A stretch of 64,000 bases of DNA from Candidatus Bathyarchaeota archaeon (GCA_963833125.1 CAWHWX010000019.1:96001-160000); one strand, 5' to 3'. Positions 19,585-31,588 are shown, numbered from the stretch's first letter. The notes: generated by a model from the letters alone, not told the origin. Numbers and translations are program-made.

Positions 19585-20601
19585 TTGTCTAACGAACCAC
19601 ATCAAGAAACGGTAAGCAGAACCGAGACGCCTCCGATTCTAGAAGTTCGCGGTCTCAAGGTGTACTTTCAAAAGAGACAAGGCATTATTGGAAGAAGGAC
19701 AACAATCCATGCCGTTGACGACGTCACCTTAACTATCGCTCCAGGCGAAATCCTTTCACTTGTCGGCGAAAGCGGAAGCGGCAAATCAACCCTAGCCCGA
19801 ACAATAGTCAAATTGAACCAACCGACAAGCGGACAAATCCTCTACCACGGGCAAGACGTCTTCAAACAAACAAGAAAAGAAACTAAACAATTGCGAAGAC
19901 GAGTTCAAATGATATTTCAAGACCCATACGAGTCTCTCAATCCACATTCAACCGTATTCGACGCTATCGTTGAACCGAGTGTGATCCACGGCCTGGTATC
20001 ACGAAACAAGCGAGACCGTGGCGTTATCGTGGAGAGAATGCTCAAGCTAGTGGGACTAGACGCCGCAACAAAGATGGACCGATACCCACACCAACTAAGT
20101 GGAGGCGAGAGGCAGAGGGTCGCAATTGCCCGCGCCCTATCTCTCGAACCCGACCTGTTGATTGCTGACGAACCTGTTTCGATGTTGGATGTTTCGATAA
20201 GACTCGGCATTCTGCATCTATTGCAAACCCTCAAGAAAGAACTGAACCTGACCTACCTATTCATTACGCATGATCTTGGAGTGGCAAGATACATCAGTGC
20301 CAGAATCGCGGTAATGTATTTCGGTAAAATCGTTGAGGTGGCTGAGACAGACGAGCTCATCAACCATCCCCTCCATCACTACACAAATCTTCTCCTAGCC
20401 TCCGTTCCGGGTTCAGACAATTCTGTGGTAGACGCGAAGCTTGATGTTGAGTACGCCTCGAATTTGGCGGATCCACCGTCAGGTTGCAGATTTCATCCTC
20501 GCTGCCCTTATGCGAAAGAGAAATGCGCTGTCGAGGAGCCTAAGCTTGTTGAACTAAGGAATGGACATTATGCTGCTTGCCATTATCCACTGCAAGAATA
20601 G
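19585..20601 (+). CDS. Opp/Dpp ABC ATPase F
   Basis: GESGSGKS, YPHQLSGGERQR, ADEPVS, GCRFHPRC. Confidence 0.94.
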   Translation: MSNEPHQETVSRTETPPILEVRGLKVYFQKRQGIIGRRTTIHAVDDVTLTIAPGEILSLVGESGSGKSTLARTIVKLNQPTSGQILYHGQDVFKQTRKETKQLRRRVQMIFQDPYESLNPHSTVFDAIVEPSVIHGLVSRNKRDRGVIVERMLKLVGLDAATKMDRYPHQLSGGERQRVAIARALSLEPDLLIADEPVSMLDVSIRLGILHLLQTLKKELNLTYLFITHDLGVARYISARIAVMYFGKIVEVAETDELINHPLHHYTNLLLASVPGSDNSVVDAKLDVEYASNLADPPSGCRFHPRCPYAKEKCAVEEPKLVELRNGHYAACHYPLQE

Positions 20602-20633
20602 TGACGATAAATGGTCCGTGTGAGTACTAGACC

Positions 20634-21612
20634 ATGAACCGTGAGACGGTGGTTGTAAACGAAGACTGGAGTTACAGGGGCATTCGGTCCGTTGTGCTCG
20701 AAAACGAATTTGTTCGTTTGCTCGTTTTTCCTGAACTAGGCGCCAAGATATACGACCTGATCTACAAACCCTTTCAAAAGAACGTGCTGTGGCATAACCC
20801 TCGAATCAACCCAGCCAAAGTTCCATTGGGAACGGCGTTCGATGATGTCTGGTGTGGGGGATGGGATGAGATCTTTCCGAATGATGCTCCATGCAATGTC
20901 AATGGAGAACGATACCCTGACATGGGTGAGGCATGGTCAACAACTTGGAGTTACTCGATAATCAGGCCAGAGGGCCATCCTGAAACAGCCACCTTGATAA
21001 CCTCCGCAACGACACCAATTACGCCGTGCAGACTCACACGCTTTCTAACAATCCGTGCAGGCGAACCCAAAATACACCTACGATACTTGCTGGAGAACGT
21101 TGGCCAAGATGCCCTGAAATTCTTATGGAAGATTCATCCCTGCGTTTCAAATCAATGAAACCTGCAGTATCGAGATATTCTGCGAAGACAGGAATCGTTG
21201 ACCCACGTTACATCATCTGTACGCAAAGTCCAGCCACAGATATTCATGGCCCAATGCCGAAAGCAAGGAAGGACAGCGAATTGATTTGAGCAAGGTGCCG
21301 TCTCCGACCGCGCATACCTGTAGCCTTCACTACGTGACCGACCTCGAAGACGGGGCAGTCAAGCTGATGAATCCGAAGGATAATGTGGACGTGAAAATCA
21401 GTTTCCCTAAACAGGTTCTGAATAACATTTGGCTATTCCTAGCCTACGGAGGGTACAGATCATTGTACACTGCAGTAATCGAACCCAGCACAAGCTACCC
21501 TTACGACTTAGCGCAGGCGATAAGTGAAGGACGCACGTCACATCTCGACCCCGGCAAGAGCATGAATTGCGACATAGACGTCGAATTGTCACCACATTCA
21601 AAACCGATCTAA
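20634..21612 (+). CDS. Galactose-mutarotase-like (aldose epimerase / DUF5107-like) protein, frameshifted
   Basis: LENE.VRL.VFPELGAKI, GGWDE.FP, HP, IEP.T; split across three track ORFs. Confidence 0.7.
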
Positions 21613-21628
21613 CTAGAGCCGGAGTAGA

Positions 21629-23032
21629 CTAGTTAGCCGAAGCGGGTGCGGGCGCCTTACCCGAACTTGCCACCGCTAATACCTGCTCGAGACTCTCGCT
21701 AAATCTGGTCATCATAGTATCGATTTCATTGTTCTCGATGATTAGAGGTGGCGCGAAAGCAATCCAGTTGGGATCGTGCCTCAGAATCACCCCGTTCTTC
21801 AGGGCCGTCCTCCCTACTCGAGTACCGAAACGGAAGCTTTCGTCAAATTGGGCTTTGGTTTTCCGATCTTGCACGAACTCAGCGCCGATCATGAGCCCCT
21901 TTCCGTGAATATCACCGATAACGCCTAGTCCATCCAATTCTTGTAATCGCTTGATGACTCTCGTGCCGCTCTCCCGGGCTTTGTGTGGGAGGTCTCTTTC
22001 CTTGATTTCGTTAATGCTCGCAATTGCAGCTGCGCATGACACTGGATTGCCGCCGAATGTGTGCCCGTGGTTGAATTGAACCTGTTCCTCTTCGCTTCCA
22101 AGGAAGGAGTCAGCAATTTTATCGCTGAAGGCTATCCCACCGATTGGAGCGTAGCCGCTGGCCATTCCCTTGCCCATGCAGATAATGTCAGGAGTTGTTC
22201 CGAAGGTTTGTGCGGCAAACATTTCTCCTGTCCTGCCAAAGCCTGTGATTACCTCATCAAAGATTAGGAGAATGCCGAACTTGTCACATATCTCCCGCAA
22301 AATTCTGAAATACGAATCCGGCGGTGTTACGATTCCACCTGTATTGCTGATCGGTTCTATGATGAAGGCGGAGACCGTGGAAGGATCTTCTTTCTTCACT
22401 ATTTGCTCGACGATTGTGGCGCATAAAACGTCACAGTCGGGGTAGTTCAATCCATACGGGCACCGGTAGCAGGTCGGTGGAAAGACGTGAATGTACCCGG
22501 GGCCAATTGGCTCAAACGCTGTCTTCCTCCGGGTTACGCCGGATGCACCGAGCGCGCCCATAGTGGCTCCATGGTACCCGTCATAGAGGGAGATCACTTT
22601 GTACTTGCCGGGATTTCCGGTCTGTTCGTGATATTGTCTTGCAAGCTTCATCGCGCCCTCAGTTGCTTCCGAACCTCCGCTGAAGAACTTGACCGTGCGT
22701 AGATCTCCTGGGGTTAGAGTGGCGATTAATTCTGCCAGTTGAAGTGCTCTTAGATTTGTTGATTGGAGTGGGGGATTGAATGCAAGTTGATCGAGCTGTT
22801 CCTTCATGGCGTGGATTATTCGCGAATTGCCGTGGCCAGCGTTCACGACGAAAATTCCTGATATGCCGTCCAAGTACTTATTCCCGTTCACATCCTCATA
22901 CCAGACTCCTTTGGCGCTCTTCATAATGAGAGGATGTTTCGAGAATTCCTTCATCTGCATGAAATCGAGGAAAAGATGTTCGTACGTTGAGTTGCCGAAA
23001 GTTTCTTTTTGAGGCGAGGCCATCTCAGGCAT
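21629..23032 (-). CDS. Class III (omega-amine) PLP aminotransferase
   Basis: YLDG, SGGSEA, YHG.T, DEVITGFGRTG, GKGM, HGHTFGGNP; likely ATG at 23032. Confidence 0.93.
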   Translation of the reverse strand: MPEMASPQKETFGNSTYEHLFLDFMQMKEFSKHPLIMKSAKGVWYEDVNGNKYLDGISGIFVVNAGHGNSRIIHAMKEQLDQLAFNPPLQSTNLRALQLAELIATLTPGDLRTVKFFSGGSEATEGAMKLARQYHEQTGNPGKYKVISLYDGYHGATMGALGASGVTRRKTAFEPIGPGYIHVFPPTCYRCPYGLNYPDCDVLCATIVEQIVKKEDPSTVSAFIIEPISNTGGIVTPPDSYFRILREICDKFGILLIFDEVITGFGRTGEMFAAQTFGTTPDIICMGKGMASGYAPIGGIAFSDKIADSFLGSEEEQVQFNHGHTFGGNPVSCAAAIASINEIKERDLPHKARESGTRVIKRLQELDGLGVIGDIHGKGLMIGAEFVQDRKTKAQFDESFRFGTRVGRTALKNGVILRHDPNWIAFAPPLIIENNEIDTMMTRFSESLEQVLAVASSGKAPAPASAN

Positions 23033-23160
23033 ATCCCAAGTTGTTCTGCGTAAGGACGGATTTATTTCTGCTTGCTGAAAACTCCAAGACGACGGAGCTG
23101 TACCGGAATCGGGAAATGTTTCACTTTCGAAGTCTGATTGCACGAGAAACCGCTTAATAT

Positions 23161-23785
23161 GTGACGAACCAATCGCCACGAGCGGTTAACATGGACGAAA
23201 CCAAGCTGAGAGAAGATCTTCTAACGGTAACGAAAAAAGTCGCAGAGCGCGGCTGGGCGCCCGGCAGCAGCGGAAACACCAGCGTAAGAATACCCGACAC
23301 CAATAGTTTTCTGATAAAAGCCTCTGGAGAGGCCATGACGTGGACTACTTCAGAGGCGCTTCTCAAGATTGATCCTGCTGGCAAGATTCTTACAGGCGAG
23401 GGTCGACCCTCGAAAGAGGTAGGTTTCCATCTGGGTATCTACTCCAAACGACCTGATGTCGGGGGTATAGTGCACGCACATCCCCCATACGCCACATCTT
23501 GGGCGATAGCCGGCACAGTCTTTCCACTTGTAACCGCTCCCTCCAAGGTTTGGTTGAAGAGAATTCCTATGGTCGAACGGGCGCCATCGGGCTCTGCCGA
23601 ATTGGCTGGGATGGTTACCGAGGCGTTTCAGGATGAATCGGTGCGAGTGGTCCTGATGAAAGGGCATGGGGTTGTAGCCGCAGGCAAAACGATCTTCGAA
23701 GCCTTCAATTTTGTTGACTGGGCGGAGGACTGTGGCGAGGGCCGCAGTGTTCACCGGTCTCATCGCTAACCTGCCGAAGAGCTAG
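23161..23785 (+). CDS. Class II aldolase/adducin family (FucA/AraD-like), frameshift near 23734
   Basis: GN.SVR, PSKE..FH..IY..RPD, VHAHPPY, KGHG. Confidence 0.9.
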
Positions 23786-23787
23786 CT

Positions 23788-25309
23788 ATGCCTGCAGATC
23801 TCCTGCTGGGGGTCGATGTCGGTTCAACCCGAATGAAAGCAGCCCTATTCGATACGGAAGGGCGGCAAGTTGCATTAACTTACGATGAATACCCCATCCT
23901 ACATAACGAACCGTTAGCCGGGGAACACGGCGCGGCGAATTGGTTATCATCATTCAAGAGTGTAGTTCGTAGAGTAATTCGCAAAGGACTGCGTTCCTGC
24001 GAAGCAAATCGTGGCGGTGTCAGTCGACTGCCTATGCCCGTCCCTGATCCCAGTAAACCGGAATGGCAACCCACTCATGAATTCGATTTTCTTCATGGAC
24101 CGCAGAAGCATAGCTCAAGCAAACTGGATGGAGAGAGAAATCGGAAGTCAGAAGTTCTTCGGGACCACAGGAAACAGGATTTCTCACTCAGCCTACTCCG
24201 CGCCAATAATGCTGTGGATAAAAAGAACCCGTCCACGGGTCTATGCGAAGACGTTCAAGTTCCTGCACGGAAACGGATTCCTGGAGGCGTATCTGACGAA
24301 TGAATTCACAATGGATTGGTCGAACGCCTCCTTTACTCTCCTTTTCGAAACGAGAGATCGGAAGCGATGGTCGTCCAAACTTTGCGAAGAAGTCGGCATT
24401 CCTCTCGATAAGCTACCCGATCTGAAGGCGCCGTGGGATGTGATAGGAGAAGTAACTCAGACTGCAGCCCGGGAAACAGGTCTAGCAAGAGGCACGCCGG
24501 TAATTGCGGGCGGTGCAGATACCGCTTGTGCAGCCCTAGGGGTCGGAGCGGTCGACGGCGGCGATGCGATGGAGGATGGTGGAACAGCTACAAAACTCGC
24601 GGTTTGTTTGAGCAAACCAAACTTTCCAACGGGAACACTAAACAGATGTCATGTTACCCCGGACCGTTGGTTGGCCGTTGCCGCATCGAGCACTACGGGC
24701 GGGTTGCTCAGGTGGGTTAAGGATTTGCTGGGAGGATACCGTGCATCGGCCCGTGGTAACGTTTACGCGTTAATGGACGCAGATGCGGAGAAGTCACCGC
24801 CAGGGGCCAATGGTCTGATCGTATTACCGTATTTTGCTCCTGGAGGAGAACGCTCTCCGATATGGGACCCATACGCGCATGGCGTTATCTTTGGGCTGAA
24901 TCTCTCCCATCAGAGGCGAGATCTTGTGCGAGCGGTTCTTGAAGCTTCAGCCTACGCGACGAGACATAACCTCGAGATGATAGAGCGACAAGGAATCAAG
25001 GTGCGCAAAATCCGACTCTCAGGCGGCCAAGCGAGAAGCGAACTTTGGAGAAGAATCAAGGCAGATGTGACAAGGAAAACGGTGGAGCTCACCTCACACG
25101 TCGAAGCTACCGTCTTCGGCACAGCACTGTTAGCAGGATACGGTTCCGGCGTATTCTCTAACCTTCCTGGCACGACCAAAGGCCTTGTACGCATAAGAGA
25201 TACGAAGCGGCCTGATCCTAGAACCGCTCAAGTCTATGGAAACGCTTTCTCGACATACAAGAACGTATACGATAGACTCAGACCCGAGTTCGAAAGAGCC
25301 TATTCGTAA
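23788..25309 (+). CDS. FGGY carbohydrate kinase (xylulokinase-like), frameshift near 24000
   Basis: LGVDVGST..KA, D.R, GGAD, GERSP.WD, RAVLEA, GGQARS. Confidence 0.9.
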
Positions 25310-25331
25310 CCTAGATTGAAGCATCTCTAAA

Positions 25332-25853
25332 TTGGGGAATAGCGAAGTAGACCCCATGGCAAGTAATGATAGTGTTGTTTTTCGACCTGTAGGCATCGTT
25401 CGAACCAGTGGTTCCGACGACGATGTGAGGTTTCGAAGCAAGGAAACTGAGTCAACAATCGAGATATTCCCCGAATTTCGGGACGCGATAGATGGTTTGC
25501 AGGGATTCTCACATATTTTCGTCCTGAGTTACTTGAACAAATTAAGACCTGATCAGACGGGGGTCTTGAAGGTTAAACCCAGAAGGTTACTAGCGAAAGG
25601 CTTCAAGCTTGAAGAATTGCCGCTGGTGGGCGTATTCGCTATTGATTCCCCCACTCGTCCTAACCCAATCGGGCTGACACTAGCTAAGCTCGTGAAGATT
25701 GATGGAGGGAAGCTAGTGGTCCGTGGCTTGGATTTCTTTGACGGAACACCTGTACTGGATATCAAACCGTACCGAGGGGACTACAGGGCTGAAGATTACA
25801 AACTGGCGGATTGGTACAGCAAGCTACGGGCGAAAGCAGGAGAAGACGTCTAA
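25332..25853 (+). CDS. tsaA: TsaA/TrmO-like SAM-binding tRNA methyltransferase domain protein
   Basis: L.GFSH, GVFA..SP.RPNPIG, GLD..DGTPVLDIKPY. Confidence 0.88.
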   Translation: MGNSEVDPMASNDSVVFRPVGIVRTSGSDDDVRFRSKETESTIEIFPEFRDAIDGLQGFSHIFVLSYLNKLRPDQTGVLKVKPRRLLAKGFKLEELPLVGVFAIDSPTRPNPIGLTLAKLVKIDGGKLVVRGLDFFDGTPVLDIKPYRGDYRAEDYKLADWYSKLRAKAGEDV

Positions 25854-26124
25854 CCTTCTGCCACTAAGCGAATCTAACACTCCCTTGATCGATCGAGTTT
25901 GAACCGTGAGAACCCGGACAGGTTGATGCGTGGGCTCGTTGCCACAGAGCCTGGCTTCGGTAGGAAATGGGGTTCAACGGATGTTAAAGGATGTCTTGTC
26001 AATTTACTGACTGACCCTCCACTCTGAATCATCGAACCTGGCAATGATTGATAGGTCTGGATGATTCGTACGCAATTTCTTTTATCAAGAAAATACACGT
26101 TGCGCGTTGAAGGTGAAGAAAAAA

Positions 26125-26268
26125 ATGCCTGCTATAATTGGCCTACTCTTTGTGGGCTTAGTGATTAGAGCAATCCTAGGTGCGGCCATTGTTGTGGCAG
26201 TGGTGTTGCTCGCGTGGAAGCTCGGGAAATTGGCCGACGCCTATACACACAAACTGACAACCAAATAA
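26125..26268 (+). CDS. 47-aa membrane microprotein, not in ORF track
   Basis: MPAIIGLLFVGLVIRAILGAAIVVAVVLLAWKLGKLADAYTHKLTTK*; AGGTGA SD at 26111; AT-rich TATA-like element near 26080. Confidence 0.65.
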   Translation: MPAIIGLLFVGLVIRAILGAAIVVAVVLLAWKLGKLADAYTHKLTTK

Positions 26269-26435
26269 TCACACAAACCAGAACTTGGAAAACTGCTCTC
26301 AAAAGCCCCAGTTTTTTTGGGCAAGAATTTTCGTATATGCTTACGTACTATCATTCGGAAATTGAGAGGCGGGATTTCATCATGAATCCAAAGGAATTAG
26401 CGTAAAATATGCCTCTTTTCCGGTAATTACATTAC

Positions 26436-26549
26436 ATCATATGCCGGCATATGATTTCATGTAACTCGGCAATGATGCTTCTGGGTTTCGACTGTTCATT
26501 TAATAAAGCACTAGCTCGCCCTAGCGATTTTTTGCGTAACAATTACGCA
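26436..26549 (+). promoter_or_regulatory. Promoter of the large surface protein, flanked by two palindromes
   Basis: ATCATATGCCGGCATATGAT (26436-26455), TTTAATAAA (26499-26507), TGCGTAA-CAA-TTACGCA (26533-26549). Confidence 0.6.
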
Positions 26550-26577
26550 TAAATGAGAATAAAGGAGATATGAAAAT

Positions 26578-29500
26578 TTGCGTAAGAAATTAGTTGCAAC
26601 GCTAACAATCGCTATTTTCCTAATTAGCACATTAGCGGTGATTGTTCCAACTCAAGCGCATTTCACGTTGGGTAATCTGTCGGGAACTTCCCCGTACGAC
26701 ATTAACAACTTTGATCCGCACGTCGCTGGGCCTATTGGTTATGTTTGGCCTGGCAGCGGTCAATGTGCGTATCAGGGTATCCCGAACCAGGCAAACAGTA
26801 ACTGTTCGCCTGGTTATCAGTCACCTTACCCGAACGGTAATCCTCCGGGTGCACCGAGCAATTCTTGGTATCAGCTTCAAGGGGACACGTATGCCCCATT
26901 CGGAGCGGTACTAACGAGCTCGACGGGTGACCTGATCTTCGCAATAAACGCTACCTGCACACCGTCACAATGGAAGTCCGGATGCAATGGTAATACTAAG
27001 ACTGAAATTCAGTCAACGCTAAAAGACAATTACGGTTGGGACACGTTAAGCATAATGATCCCACCGGAATTCACGGTCAAGGATGCATCCCAAATCGTAT
27101 CCACCCTGACGAACAATTACGCCAACGTATGGGTGGGCAGGCTCTCACCAGACGATAGATATGCGCCAGGCTGGACCCTAGTCCTGATACAAGCAGACGC
27201 TATCATAAACCCCGGATACAACCATCAATTCCTGAACTTTACAAGCGCTGGTGAATGGTACTACGTAAGAATCAACGGAGTAACAGCACCAGCAACAGCT
27301 GGAAGATACTTCTTCAAAATGTTCCTTTACTCAAACCTAGCTTCAGGTTCTAACCAGTACGGTGTCGGCCCAACCCTAGCAGCATCTGGCGGAGCCAGTG
27401 GCGGAGAGAATCCAGACGTTTGGGTACCGCCCCAAAACTGGCCAGTCATGCTGGTCAAGGGTGAGACCGACCCAGCCATTGTAACCGGAACTATCCGGTA
27501 TGCTGGCTACAACTCAACCCTATACGGGCAACCGATCGCTGAGGCTGGAACGGTTTGGGCGAACATGACTATGCGAATCGACCCATACACCGGCCAAAAC
27601 CGACCCGACCTACCAACCATTAACGCACAAGCATTCATCAACAACACCTCGAACGGCCACTATGAACTAGAAGGCATGGCACCAGGCGTTTACGATATCT
27701 ACGCTTCCGCAGCTGGATACCCACAAGCGCTTTGCGAGAGTGGAATAACGGTCCTGAAGGGACAGTCCCTTCACTTCGACTGTTACCTCCAACCAGGGCC
27801 AGTGATTCACGGCAACGTGTTCACGAAGCACCAATTCGGTGACGAACCGTGGCCATCATCGACGGATTCTGGAGTCGGTGTCAGCTCCGCGACTGTGGGT
27901 CAATACATCAAGATTGAACTCTACTCAGCCGCGACTCTAAGCAACCTAGTTGACCCAAGCGCCGGCAGCCCAGTCTCATGGTCCCCGCTACCATGCACCG
28001 GCGGGAGGCCAAGAGAAGTACTATGGCCGCCGCGCAGCAGGACTCTGCGGCGACCCGCGCCTTGGAAGTTTAATTGCGTTTCCATGGCATGAGTATGCCC
28101 CGAACAGCCTCGGCCCAGCATACAACGACGTACCAAACCCATTCACCGGAACAACGAACGGCTACACACGCGACGTTTCGTGGAGCAACAAGTGTGCACC
28201 AGGCAGTAACCCTGGAAACCTCGGAAATGCCGCTACCTGCACCTTCCTAACCTCAGACCCTGAAGGTGTCGGTCCACCACAACAATGGTATGTGGCTGGC
28301 GGTACTACGACTCCGTTCCACTTTGAGTTTGGTTTGAAGGGTGAGTACGGTGCTCCCCAAGGCCTGTCCGGCGAGGTGCCGCAGGTTTACGCTACTTGGA
28401 TCAACGGTCTCACAGCAGGCAGGTACTATGTACGTGCTTGGGTCTTCCGTTACGTTCAGACAGCCCTGGACGGTTCTACCTTCCAGGAGTACTACTTTGA
28501 CGTAACACCTAACGAGTGGGCGGGTGACGTTACATTGCCTCTTGACCTACGCTTAAGCAGCTGGGTTAACAAGACAGTGTACTTCCACGACACACCAAAC
28601 ACGATCACAACCAGTCCAATCCACAGTGGCGCAGGTTACCTTTGGGGTAACTTGATAGGCGCTGACGGGCACGTATACGCTCACAATGTAACCAACCTAG
28701 GATACAACGACAAATACTACCAAAACTGCGCCTACGATGTTAACTCCAACGGGAGACAATCCGATAACCTGGGAACTTTCGTGAGCTACAATGGGTTCCT
28801 CGGCTCCGGCGAAACAGGCGCACCGACGCAAGCCTGTCCAGGCGCAACTGACCAACTCGACAGAGCTCACCTCAACAAAGATGCCATTGCGACCGGTAGA
28901 GCTGTTATACAATTCTGGGGCCTCAACGATACATGGGGTGGCGAGAACTACGGCATCCCATCTGGGACATACACTCCGAACGTGGCCACAAATGGCTACT
29001 ACAGCCCAACGCCGTTAGAACAGGTATCGGTAACGCTAAGCGGTAACCCAACACTCGTCAGCGACCACCTCTTCCTAGCGCCAGGCTTCAACGTATCAGT
29101 ATACAGCATTGACTGGGAACGACCCGGGTCAGCAGGAACTGGGTATGGTCCGGATGCCAAGACGGAATGGCGTTCGGCCTCGCAACTGGTAAGGGCAACA
29201 TCGGCAGCGGCAACGCCGGCAAAGATAACGGCTGTCTAGGGTCAGAGATCGACCTAGGCTTCTACCCGGTAGTGAACGGCACTGCGGGCAAGGTCTGGGA
29301 CACGGCCGGTGACGTCTCTAGTGTCTTCTACCTACCACCAAGCATCTTCACCACACATCTGTACCAAGGTCCAGAAGGAATAGACTGCTTTAACCCATCA
29401 CAGACCGACGGCTTCAAGGATCCTCTGGGACCACAGCCCTACTCCTTCAATTGCAGTGAAATGGATGGCGGTGGACGCAACGTACTACAAGGATTCAGTA

Positions 29501-30978
29501 ACTCCCATGATGTCTTCTACGGTGAATCAGCACGCTACGCATTCGTCGGCGGATACACCGCTGGCAAGAATGGATTCACTACACAGGCGAAACTCTTGGT
29601 GGACCTTATGTTCACTCAAAATAGAGTCGTCTGGCCACTTCACTTCAATGAAGGTCCATACAACCTCGCAGCCTACACGTACGGCTACATACAAGACAAA
29701 GACTTCACAGCCTACGCACAGAACGGCCAAGTGGCCGACATGAAAGTCAACCTAATCATCGGCGTGAACATAACACTTGATATTCTCTTCAAGAAAGAGA
29801 GCATCATAACACCAACCGCCGAGAACATGTCTGCACGAGTTCGCTTCTTCAATGACCAAAGCCAGTTGGTAGCTGAATGGATGTCCAGTGAAGGCGTCTA
29901 CGTAAACACTCCTGGCCACGCCATAGCAGCCAACGGTGCAACGGTAGCAAGTGGGTTCGTGAACCCAACTTCTCCACAATACCCATTCAGCGACCAGGCG
30001 GGTCTACAGAAGCCCGCATCTGGCCTACAAGCATACAACTTCCTACCTGCAGGAACAACGCTACTTCACATGCTTACCGCAGGCTTACCACAGCAGCCGC
30101 CAGCAGGATTCCTCCTAACCAACCCGTCATACTTCAGCGATCCGCTGCAGGGCGGTGGCGGTGCCTTCGGTGACTGCGACTTCAATCTCTGGTGCTTCCC
30201 AGCCCCGTATGCTCAGTACCCGTTCCCCTACACGGGAATAGCGGGTGCTCCAGACTACACGGGTGGGTGGACAGCTGAAGCCGACTTCGTCCCATGGTAC
30301 TCCGCCAACGCGGCCTCGATGGAAGCTGCAAGCGGTGGACTACAAACAGCATCCGCACCAGGCTCATTCGCGCAGTACTATCCGCCAGTCAACGGTCTGC
30401 TGATGGGTGAATCGTATCACATCATCCCAGGCACGACCGCACTCTCAGGCATCAGCCTAACCGAAGACACAGCATTGAACGAGTACGTATCGCCACCAGG
30501 CAGCGCTTTCGTCGGCCATACGATGGCGGCGAATCACTTAGGTCCGTACTCGCAAGAAGGAGTCTGGCAAATCGCAGGAACTCACAACAGTGGTGAAGCT
30601 AGTGCGATCTTTGAAGTTGATCTGAACGGGTTCGTCTCAGGCAACGTTCTCGCCTTCACGTGGAGCAACGAGTTCCGCACACTCAGCTGGGGTACAGTCA
30701 GCGTGACTGGCGCTTGCGGAGCAACGTGGAACTTCTACACGTACGATGGCGTTTACCAAGCCTTCCTGCCCACAGGCAACTACAAGTTCACCCTAAGCCA
30801 ACCAGGATATGCGCCTCAAACCTGGTCCGTCTCGGTCTCACCAGGCCAATCCGGATCCGGACAGAACGTATACCTGGAGCAAAGCAACATCCCTGTCCCA
30901 GAGTTCAGTGCAGTAGCGGTTGTCGCCTTTTCAGCGTTAGCAGCATCTCTATACCTACTCAGACGAAGACGCAACTAA
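26578..30978 (+). CDS. Large (~1466 aa) secreted PEF-CTERM surface protein, two compensating frameshifts (~28000, ~29125)
   Basis: Signal peptide ending TQA|H, G/N/T/Y/P-rich beta-type sequence, carboxypeptidase-regulatory-like segments, C-terminal VPEF + TM + RRRRN. Confidence 0.85.
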
Positions 30979-30986
30979 GCGTCCGA

Positions 30987-31024
30987 GCGCCCCTCAAAGG
31001 CGCCCGTATCCCTTTTCCTTTTTT
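30987..31024 (+). terminator. Hairpin plus oligo-T terminator
   Basis: GCGCC-N7-GGCGC followed by CCTTTTCCTTTTTT just after the PEF-CTERM stop. Confidence 0.6.
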
Positions 31025-31173
31025 CCGATAATATACTAGAATACTAATCAGAGGAGAGTTTTCCGATTTATCATAGGTAAAGAAGAAACGATATTCGTGT
31101 CTCGGGCTAAGCGTGCGCCGGAAAGGCGAGCGCCAGCTGCATCGAGAGGTCTTCCCTTTTTGTCGCGGGCAGG

Positions 31174-31588
31174 CTAAATCGTTGGGTTGTTTTCGTGGTA
31201 GCGGAAGGTTGGGTTCTCAAGTTGCTTCGAGGCTAGCTTCCAATCGACCTTCCCATTGGCTGCATTCCATTCGACGAAGGCTGCGCCCTCACCCGCCCAT
31301 GCCGGAAACTTCGATACCGTCGGTGTGTGGGTGCATTTTCAAGAAATTCTGCATCGCATCTCTATCTCGCCACACAGACATCGTCCAAAACCGTTTGTGC
31401 GGTAAATCGGTTTTCAGACCATATCTGATCAAACCTTTCGACTGTTCCAGCTGCTTCTGCACCTTTCCACTCATCAAAAAGAATGGAATGATGTGCCTCC
31501 AACTTCGGATGGGTAGTACGGTTGCGACGCAGAGGAATTCACTGGAACCCCGATCCCCTTCCACCTCAACCGTTCTTTGCGGCGACAT
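31174..31588 (-). CDS. DUF3291/ABM-like dimeric alpha-beta barrel protein (frameshift near 31315)
   Basis: Q..QSKGLI.Y, FWTMSVW....AMQNF....PH; shifted tail AAFVEW. Confidence 0.6.

Noticed and set aside
31104-31165. GC-rich hairpin (CGCC-GGAAA-GGCG) plus T-tract as an ncRNA
   Set aside because: Short, with no box C/D, ACA or SRP motif; could simply be a terminator between convergent genes
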